Positions 57,435-64,000 of a DNA stretch of 64,000 nucleotides are shown piece after piece. Both the position numbers and the translations under genes were made by a program. The stretch lies in contig WLPJ01000006.1 of assembly GCA_009698815.1 (NCBI GenBank), forward strand, positions 55,081-119,080. The letters run 5' to 3'. Positions within the stretch are counted from its first letter, which is position 1. Every line of letters starts with the position of its first letter. This DNA is from Actinomycetota bacterium. GTDB lineage: Bacteria; Actinomycetota; Actinomycetes; Nanopelagicales; Nanopelagicaceae. The notes below the pieces were generated by a model. It worked only from the letters and a program-made list of their open reading frames with translations. It was not told the DNA's origin and searched no databases.

Positions 57435-57605
57435 TTGTTTCTATAAGAACTATATCAATATCTATAAGAAATGGCTACATGCGCCACCGAGCCCTATCGG
57501 ATCTATTTTGCGCTCAATTCACGCTTGAGGCGACACGCCGCAGCAAATATTTTGGCCAGGGGGCTTGACTTCTCTTGTTTCTATAATCTACTATAAAGTT
57601 TATAG
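57435..57605. promoter_or_regulatory. Divergent promoter region with CTATAA boxes and a GACAC-type promoter
   Basis: TCTATAAGAA at 57440 and 57461; TTGTTTCTATAA at 57435 and 57575; palindrome CTATAAA-G-TTTATAG 57591-57605; AGGCGACACGCC 57528; TTGACT 57565; TACTAT 57589. Confidence 0.65.
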
Positions 57606-57635
57606 AGGTGATAGACACCTCAGTAGGAGGAAGAA

Positions 57636-58655
57636 ATGTTAAGCAAGAATTCAGTAAAAGCAGTAAGAAACAATGCTTTTAGAGCTTTGGTCGTTGGTTT
57701 AAGTGGAGCGGCACTGGTCATGTCGCTCTCAGCTTGCTCTCCTGTGAGCTCACTCAAATCAGCATATGAGGGTCAGCCTTTCCCTCAGATGCCAGCTCCC
57801 GAGGTAGCTACATACGTCCTGGACTTGTCGGGGTCCACTTATCCAACCGCTCAGTTGGAAGCGTTGGGATCAGGAATTACTGATTTCATCGCAGGACAGT
57901 CACTGGGTAATCCATTCGCCCAGTCTCCTGTAGCTCCTCGGGGGTTAAGCATTCAGTTCGTAACCAAGAACTCGGCCCAAGCTCCTCGAATTCTTCTCGT
58001 TTCAACAAAAACAAGCCAGAGCCTTTATGAGTACATAAAGGAGAAGACGCCGAACCTAGAGGGCGCACTTCAACTCTGGGATGGCTTCGTTAATGCACGA
58101 ACACAGATTTGGCAGGACTCAGCACTTGAAGCCAATCAGGCTGATTGTGTGATCAAGATCGTGGGGATGTTGGGTCGCCAACAACTTCTCCCTGATGCTC
58201 TGAAGTTCCCCGCAGGCATCATCTGCCAAGACGCAAAACAAACGGCAATATCCCTCAAGCGCCTTCAAGACTTTGTGGCTAACCCAGGAATTGAAATGGG
58301 TTCTGACGTTAAAGGTGCAGTTGAAGCTAGTTTAAGGAACTTAGCTACAGCAAAAGCAGAAAATCCATCAGCACGACTCACTCTTGTAATCGCCTCTGAC
58401 TTAGTCGATGAGGTCTCACTCACTCTTCCTCGTCGATTGAAGGGAATTGATTCTAATGGCGTGTGTGAAATGGCAGTTCAAGATGCAGGGAATGTTGCCA
58501 ATGATTACTCATCTGTGAATGTGGTGATTGTTGGCGCTCGCAATTCGAAAGTAAATGTAAAAACTCTGGATCAAGTTCAGGCCTACTGGACTTGCTACTT
58601 AAATCAAATCGGAATAACAAACGTAACAGAGCAGTCTGATCTCTCAGGCTTCTAA
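57636..58655 (+). CDS. Lipoprotein with a VWA-like (MIDAS) domain
   Basis: LSAC lipobox; VLDLSGS (DxSxS), GSDV, VIASDL. Confidence 0.75.
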   Translation: MLSKNSVKAVRNNAFRALVVGLSGAALVMSLSACSPVSSLKSAYEGQPFPQMPAPEVATYVLDLSGSTYPTAQLEALGSGITDFIAGQSLGNPFAQSPVAPRGLSIQFVTKNSAQAPRILLVSTKTSQSLYEYIKEKTPNLEGALQLWDGFVNARTQIWQDSALEANQADCVIKIVGMLGRQQLLPDALKFPAGIICQDAKQTAISLKRLQDFVANPGIEMGSDVKGAVEASLRNLATAKAENPSARLTLVIASDLVDEVSLTLPRRLKGIDSNGVCEMAVQDAGNVANDYSSVNVVIVGARNSKVNVKTLDQVQAYWTCYLNQIGITNVTEQSDLSGF

Positions 58656-58686
58656 TAATCCAAACAAAGAAAATAGGAGTAATAAA

Positions 58687-59817
58687 ATGAAAAGCAAGTC
58701 AAAATCATCAGCACCAAAGGAAGTAATCAAGGACGCCCGTAAGCACGGTCGACGCGATGGCAAGAATCAAATTCCTCGCCAAGAATGGGAATACAACAGC
58801 ATTCCCTATTTAATGCAGCTACAGCGTCAATATGCAGCATTTGGCAGAGAGCTAGATCTTCAGCTTGAAGAGAAGAAACTAGCTAAGGAAAATCAGAAGG
58901 TTAATGCGTTAAGAAATGAAATCCAAGAAAAGGGAAAGTCACAAGCCCTTGCGGACAATCTGGCTCTTGCACAAGCAGAGTTAGCATCCGTCCAGGCAAA
59001 GCTAGATGGCGGAGCAGAGGAAGTTCCTATGGCGAAATTCGCGCGAATTCGCCAAATTGGGAATATCTTCTATCTTCCATTCTTGTTCCTACTCTTCATC
59101 GGTGAGTTCACAATTACTGCACCTGCATTTCGAGTTTTACTTGGTGAAAAAGTGGGAACTTCGCTGATTGTTACCTTAGCGGTAAGCGGGCTCTCTGTAG
59201 GGGCAGCTCACATACTTGGCATTTACTTCAAATCTCTATTTGATCGTAATCGGCCAAAGTCCGGCATATATCATGTGATGTTTGGCGTTGCTGGAGCTTT
59301 ACTAGTTGGAACCATCACCTTCTTATCTAATATCCGAGCACGCAATGGCGTCCTTACTTCAGGCAATCTAACAGGTATGACAGAAGACGAAAAGATTGTC
59401 TACCTATGGATCTTCTACACACTGTTGCAACTTACATTCATTGGAGTTGGAATCCTGATTTCATTTATGCACTATTCAGAAATTGAAAGTGCTGTCGCTC
59501 GCGCTAAACGCAAAGTTTGGTTCCTGCGTAATCTTCAGAATCGTCGTAATAGCAAAAAGCTAAAGTCAGGTGCGTCTGTAGAAGAGTCAGAGATCGATAC
59601 ATCAAAGATGTTTGATCGCGAACTTGAAGTACTTGAAAGTAAGAAGATACTTCTTCGTGCACAGTACGAGGAATCTGTAGCAGTTTACCGCGATGCAAAT
59701 ATTCAATCTCGTCGTGATGAGATGAGCGGTGCGCATGCATCTCTGCAAGCATCGGAGCTGGATTTTCGTACTTCGGGACTTGAATTCAGCACAGCGGAGC
59801 TAGTTGGCTCCCGATGA
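58687..59817 (+). CDS. Hypothetical 4-TM protein with N- and C-terminal coiled coils
   Basis: Charged helical N-terminus, four hydrophobic segments, charged helical C-terminus; AGGAG RBS. Confidence 0.75.
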   Translation: MKSKSKSSAPKEVIKDARKHGRRDGKNQIPRQEWEYNSIPYLMQLQRQYAAFGRELDLQLEEKKLAKENQKVNALRNEIQEKGKSQALADNLALAQAELASVQAKLDGGAEEVPMAKFARIRQIGNIFYLPFLFLLFIGEFTITAPAFRVLLGEKVGTSLIVTLAVSGLSVGAAHILGIYFKSLFDRNRPKSGIYHVMFGVAGALLVGTITFLSNIRARNGVLTSGNLTGMTEDEKIVYLWIFYTLLQLTFIGVGILISFMHYSEIESAVARAKRKVWFLRNLQNRRNSKKLKSGASVEESEIDTSKMFDRELEVLESKKILLRAQYEESVAVYRDANIQSRRDEMSGAHASLQASELDFRTSGLEFSTAELVGSR

Positions 59818-60515
59818 ATTCGCAAATGATTGCATCAGGTGTGTTACTTGCGATCGGATTATCGATCTTGAGTACCGCTACGGGGACAGCAGCTCCGACA
59901 GTTATCAAGGTATATGACGGTGACACAATAACTCTGAGCACTGGTGAAAAAGTCAGGCTATTACAGATCGATACCCCGGAACTCGCCTCGGGTGAGTGCT
60001 ACAGCGAAGAAGCCAGACGCGCGTTAATCTCGTTATTGAAATTGCCTGGTCAAATTACATTAAGGGCTGACCCGAAGCTAGATCAAGTAGATCGTTATGG
60101 CCGTCTACTTCGGTACGTATTTAAAGGAAATTCAAACATTAATCTAAAAATGGTAGAGATCGGTGCGGCAGCCCCGTATTTCTACCAAGGCCAAAAAGGG
60201 AAGCACTCATCTCAGATTCTTAAAGCGGCGGAGAATGCAAAATCTAAGTCGCTTGGTTTATGGAAAACCTGTCCAAGTGCAAAGCTGACGCCGAACAACG
60301 CCATAAAGACAGTGGCAGGCAACATCTCCCACGTATCGGCCACCCCACCAGCCGGCGCGAATTGCGACCCAAACTATGCGGGTTGCATTCCCATCTTCCC
60401 GGCTGATATCGATTGCACGGACATTAAACGTCTTGGCCTTGCACCCGTGAAAGTAGTTGGCACAGACATACACAAGCTAGATCGTGACGGCGACGGCCTT
60501 GGGTGCGATAAATGA
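59814..60515 (+). CDS. Secreted thermonuclease (SNase family) with an Excalibur-like Ca-binding tail
   Basis: VYDGDT, VRLLQIDTPE, DRYGRLLRYV, GLW; C-terminal CDPNY...DC...LDRDGDGLGC; ATGA overlap with the upstream gene. Confidence 0.9.
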   Translation: MNSQMIASGVLLAIGLSILSTATGTAAPTVIKVYDGDTITLSTGEKVRLLQIDTPELASGECYSEEARRALISLLKLPGQITLRADPKLDQVDRYGRLLRYVFKGNSNINLKMVEIGAAAPYFYQGQKGKHSSQILKAAENAKSKSLGLWKTCPSAKLTPNNAIKTVAGNISHVSATPPAGANCDPNYAGCIPIFPADIDCTDIKRLGLAPVKVVGTDIHKLDRDGDGLGCDK

Positions 60516-60648
60516 TTGCAATCTCCTATTTTGGCGAAGACACCAGAATTTACTGTCCGGCTACACGGTGCCTTCGAAAAATGAATTTCTCCGAAATATG
60601 TGACTATGCATCCCAGCTTTCTGACTACGTCATTCTGAGATCAGAGAC

Positions 60649-60670
60649 TGTCAGTGGCCACTGATAACTT
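60649..60670 (+). promoter_or_regulatory. PafBC/RecA-NDp-type promoter
   Basis: TGTCAGTG-N8-TAACTT, ATG (60678) 7 nt later. Confidence 0.75.
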
Positions 60671-60677
60671 CTTGAGT

Positions 60678-60830
60678 ATGGAAAACTTACAAGGTTTTGA
60701 GGGCTTATCTGCCCTGGAGGAGTCTGCCGTCCGGCTCCATGAAATCTACAAATCCCTTATGACTGGGGGATTTACCGAAGATGAAGCGCTCTCACTGATA
60801 GCCAAGATGACTAAGCCAAACTCAGAGTGA
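60678..60830 (+). CDS. Small leaderless phage-like protein (50 aa)
   Basis: MENLQGFEGLSALEESAVRLHEIYKSLMTGGFTEDEALSLIAKMTKPNSE, read by hand. Confidence 0.7.
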   Translation: MENLQGFEGLSALEESAVRLHEIYKSLMTGGFTEDEALSLIAKMTKPNSE

Positions 60831-60893
60831 TCCCCTTACTAGAGATCAACGCGAGCTAAAACTCAAGGTTCAGTTTTAAGGGAGGTAGAACAA

Positions 60894-61205
60894 ATGTCAC
60901 AGATTTCAATCATAGGAGATGAAGGCACGCCAGTTCTTTATGCATCGCTGGCTTTAGAAGGCAAACTCTTTTTTGAGTTTGAGTATTACGGCCTTCATGA
61001 AAATGAGGGCGATTACGAATTTAACCACACTGTAGAGCCTGAAGAGTTTCCACAAATTGCCAATAGATTCGGCTTAAACCCCACAGATCCCATCTTGATC
61101 ATTGTTCAACAGATAACAGATATGGGCAAAGGACAAGAATTAGAGCGGGCACTAACTAAGAAGGAGATCAAAAATGAACTATGGACCTGGCTCAATACCC
61201 CTTAA
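60894..61205 (+). CDS. Hypothetical protein (103 aa)
   Basis: GGAGG RBS; acidic ORF; no family recognised. Confidence 0.7.
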   Translation: MSQISIIGDEGTPVLYASLALEGKLFFEFEYYGLHENEGDYEFNHTVEPEEFPQIANRFGLNPTDPILIIVQQITDMGKGQELERALTKKEIKNELWTWLNTP

Positions 61206-62240
61206 TTAGCCCTTGGCAACTCGTGAGCACATTCCAAGCAATGCTTTCGAAACACTTAGATCATTAACTCGTGCCACATCAATCTTTGGCTTAGCCCCAT
61301 AGTCATTGGAGCGTATTGCTTCAATATTGATTCCTTCAATGTTCTCAAAAAATGTAACTAACTCATCAACGAATTGTTCTTTTTTGTAATCAACGAATCT
61401 AGCTTCAACTGTGGCTTTGCCAAAGGTATGGAATACAAGTGGATACCTAAAACCTCTTGCTGTTTTGACACATATGGCGCCAGAGGGAGTTTCAGATTTT
61501 GTGCCGCCCCATTTATGGCCATCGGATTCGAGCAAGGCCATGAGTGATTCGAATTTCGGGAGAGAGGATGGCTCGTTTGAAAGTAACCAAGCAGCAAACT
61601 CATCTTTAGTCCAAGGATTTCTTTGCTCATAGGCATCAACTTGAGGCTTTAGAGCCTCATAACCAAATGTTTGGGGGATCACGATTTCTGTATCACCGGT
61701 CGAATGGCGAGCCAATTCAATCAGAGCAACACGAAAAGTCGCATCAGTTTTCTTGTTTACAAGAATCACCATATCTTTAAGTGGCTCATTAATTTCATCA
61801 ACCGCCAGTAGTAATGTGAACCTTGCACCTTCAAGATTTGTTGTGACTCCTAGCGATAAGGGTCCTTTTGTAGTCTCTACCGAAGTTAGATCTGCGCCAC
61901 CACGATCTTGCCAACGCTGGTGGAACTCTTCAAATGAGAGCTTGCTGATGCTTGCTGCGTAATCAATTATCTGACCAATTATCTTCCTGCGAACCTCAGG
62001 ATTTCTCGCAAGCTTGCATTCAACCAAAGTGATTGAACCATCTTTGGAATTGATGATCACATTATCAATTGGCCCAGAGTCTGTGTTGAATTCTCTACAT
62101 ACAAATGAATCAGAGCTCACACCAGGTAATAACTCTGGGAATTCTGAAATCATCGCCTGCAGTTGATCTTCGCTCGCATATCCTGAATCAGTTGGTGAGA
62201 TCCACGCGCCGTTACCCCTTCGGTAAAGAATTCCACTCAT
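61206..62240 (-). CDS. NucS/DUF91-like PD-(D/E)xK nuclease domain protein
   Basis: EDQLQ...REF...GPID...TLVECKL...RRKIIGQIIDYAA. Confidence 0.78.
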   Translation of the reverse strand: MSGILYRRGNGAWISPTDSGYASEDQLQAMISEFPELLPGVSSDSFVCREFNTDSGPIDNVIINSKDGSITLVECKLARNPEVRRKIIGQIIDYAASISKLSFEEFHQRWQDRGGADLTSVETTKGPLSLGVTTNLEGARFTLLLAVDEINEPLKDMVILVNKKTDATFRVALIELARHSTGDTEIVIPQTFGYEALKPQVDAYEQRNPWTKDEFAAWLLSNEPSSLPKFESLMALLESDGHKWGGTKSETPSGAICVKTARGFRYPLVFHTFGKATVEARFVDYKKEQFVDELVTFFENIEGINIEAIRSNDYGAKPKIDVARVNDLSVSKALLGMCSRVAKG

Positions 62241-62956
62241 AGTCGTGCCAATAACTTCTTAAAATCCGGTTTTCCCAGATTGCCTTCAGTTAGATAGATG
62301 CTTCTTGTGCTTTTAAATTCCACTCTGTTTTTATGGTCAAACAACTCAGGCACGGCAGTGAACCATCCCAACATATTCCTGCTCATAATGATTAACGCAT
62401 CTCGCTTAATCGCCTCACTCACCAGGTTAAAGGAGTAGTGCTGGGTCGGGAATGTGAAGGGAATAGGATGCCAAGACTTTGAATGGTAGGCATGGAAATT
62501 AAGCAGGAATAAACCTCGAGTCACTCTCTCTACTGAAGTCTTTGCCACAAGCTCTCGGACTCTTGGTTTAAACCAAGCACTCTCCATTTCAGGTTTATTG
62601 GGTGAGTCAATTCTTGACCTAAAGGATTCTAAATCTACGTGCCTTAAGTTCCTTGTATTCTGCTCTAGTTTATTTGCGTTCATTCTAAATTTTGGGTTCT
62701 TCTCTTTTTCATTAACTCCCGGATTGGCCATAAGCACAAAGATATTCGCCTTGGGGTTCCCGAGATAAGGATGAGGTTCTAAGTGTTCAGCCAAAAGGTA
62801 ATTCTCTTTATCTTTACTTTCCCTAGAACCCATTCCCTTATTAAACCCCTGAAAATAAGGTAGATCTGTCAGATGAACTTTGGGCTCATTCTTTTGAGGA
62901 TTAAAAGTCAGCCAAGGATTTTCAATCACTCTCATAAGGTAGTGCGCTCGTAACAC
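62237..62956 (-). CDS. Uracil-DNA-glycosylase-superfamily-like protein
   Basis: PHPYLGNPKANIFVLMANPG resembles UDG motif A; NFHAYHS; its stop overlaps the nuclease start. Confidence 0.55.
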   Translation of the reverse strand: MLRAHYLMRVIENPWLTFNPQKNEPKVHLTDLPYFQGFNKGMGSRESKDKENYLLAEHLEPHPYLGNPKANIFVLMANPGVNEKEKNPKFRMNANKLEQNTRNLRHVDLESFRSRIDSPNKPEMESAWFKPRVRELVAKTSVERVTRGLFLLNFHAYHSKSWHPIPFTFPTQHYSFNLVSEAIKRDALIIMSRNMLGWFTAVPELFDHKNRVEFKSTRSIYLTEGNLGKPDFKKLLARL

Positions 62957-63032
62957 CTTGTAAACACTTATTTACGAGATCTCTAACTGTCTCTAATGGC
63001 CAAACGACGTAAGAAAAACTAAGCCTTTCTGT

Positions 63033-63998
63033 TCAAGCCGTTGGAAGGGTGAATCGATAATCAATCGGACTTAGAGAATCTTCATCTGGATTCCAATCCC
63101 ACCAAAACCTTTCGCGACCACCTGAAGTCTTGTATTCATCCCCATCTTTGGTGCAAACAATCTGGTCCACGACATAGAGAAGAGAACGGAATTCTTCACC
63201 TGCAATTTGGGCATACTCAACTTCAGCAGTTGTGACGGCAACCTCTATTCGAGACATAATGCTTGCTTTAACTTCAACTCCGACTACCTCATCTCCCTTA
63301 ACGGCTCTTAAGTCATACCCAAGTCGCTTTTGGGAACTTACGTCCTCAACGGCATAGCCCAACTTCTCTAGATAATTGGTAGCGAGCGCCATTCCTCGTA
63401 ACTCTGTGGCCTTCTTCTTTTTTTCATCAGTTTGTATTCCGTATGAAGATTCAGCTGGTGGTTTTGGACTCGTAGGTTTGTATGTTGCCAACCTTGATGT
63501 AATCGGTGACTTAATGTGCGAAATCTCGGGTGCAATATCCACTCCAAGTTGTTGAACAGCAGTAGGGAATAAATCAACTAACGCCTTAGGCATTTTGCTC
63601 AGATAGGCACCTTGTGCAGGCTGTATGACTTTTTCTTTCGGAATTTGAAATGGGAAGTAGATAGATTTTCCATCGTATTTTTTATCCAAAGCAGACTTGA
63701 TAGTTCGTATCGAGCCCTGCTTATCCTGAATTTCTTTTAACGTAATTGGTTCATCAAGTTCCGTGTAATTGATTAGGTCGATTTTATAGGCAGGGCTAAT
63801 CTCTGACTTCTTTCGGTCTGGCCATCGGATCTCACCAATTTTCGGGAATCCTCTTGCAACCGAGAACGCAACAATCGATTTTGTTGGTTGGTAGTAATGG
63901 AAGACAACATCTCCATCCTCCACGAAAGCGACCAGCTTCTGACCTGCATGAGTACTAATAGGCGCGAGAAGGTTTCTACCGATATCTGTTCTATCCGT
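63033..63998 (-). CDS. EVE/PUA-like reader fused to a DUF3883-type PD-(D/E)xK nuclease, 5'-truncated by the window edge
   Basis: The frame stays open to the edge (TDRTDIGRNLLAP...VEDGDVVFHY); C-terminal EDVS...GYDL...EVKAS. Confidence 0.75.
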   Translation of the reverse strand, partial: TDRTDIGRNLLAPISTHAGQKLVAFVEDGDVVFHYYQPTKSIVAFSVARGFPKIGEIRWPDRKKSEISPAYKIDLINYTELDEPITLKEIQDKQGSIRTIKSALDKKYDGKSIYFPFQIPKEKVIQPAQGAYLSKMPKALVDLFPTAVQQLGVDIAPEISHIKSPITSRLATYKPTSPKPPAESSYGIQTDEKKKKATELRGMALATNYLEKLGYAVEDVSSQKRLGYDLRAVKGDEVVGVEVKASIMSRIEVAVTTAEVEYAQIAGEEFRSLLYVVDQIVCTKDGDEYKTSGGRERFWWDWNPDEDSLSPIDYRFTLPTA

Positions 63999-64000
63999 TG

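Noticed and set aside
60512-60664. 50-codon ORF overlapping the SNase stop (ATGA)
   Set aside because: The ATG arises automatically from AAA-TGA, the frame runs through the next promoter, and no motif is evident; unsupported without conservation data.
50870-60830. Intact prophage
   Set aside because: No integrase, terminase, capsid, tail or replication genes are visible; only small phage-like ORFs.
1-64000. Numerous 60-170 aa antisense or overlapping ORFs in the track; CRISPR, rRNA and IS elements
   Set aside because: The ORFs are shadows of well-supported genes with no motifs. No repeat-spacer array, rRNA-like segment or transposase was seen.

Overview
A 64-kb accessory-rich stretch, most likely from a small freshwater actinobacterium of the acI/Nanopelagicales type. 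That assignment is inferred from the Actinobacteria-type rha and xylA genes, many leaderless starts, and a TITCVKG...KCPxGY C-terminal motif. Left to right: (1) DUF393, an Fe-S photolyase/cryptochrome and DUF2256; (2) an NTF2/SDR pair and a CDGSH protein; (3) a self-contained mannitol-type PTS operon (DeoR, PfkB kinase, IIC/IIB/IIA, Zn-dehydrogenase, HPr, EI); (4) small membrane genes; (5) L-rhamnose catabolism plus a ROK regulator, divergent from an operon of FGE, sugar ABC, two sulfatases and TauE; (6) a ketose 3-epimerase, three amidases and a Dpp/Opp ABC system; (7) a degenerate tRNA-like gene with a terminator; (8) a 13.8-kb sugar-catabolic island (xylA, ABC, GMC pair, hydrolase, AKR, GlcG, GalM, ROK) bounded by a 205-bp direct repeat of a gene 3' end; (9) a phage-like/defence region. 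Region 9 has four PafBC-type (RecA-NDp) leaderless promoters driving tiny genes, a phosphatase, a Sel1-repeat Ser/Thr kinase, an uncharacterised module (VWA lipoprotein, 4TM coiled-coil protein, secreted nuclease), and a trio of EVE-like/PD-(D/E)xK, UDG-like and NucS-like genes. No rRNA, canonical tRNA, CRISPR array, transposase or integrase was recognised. All family calls come from motif recognition by eye; no database search was run.
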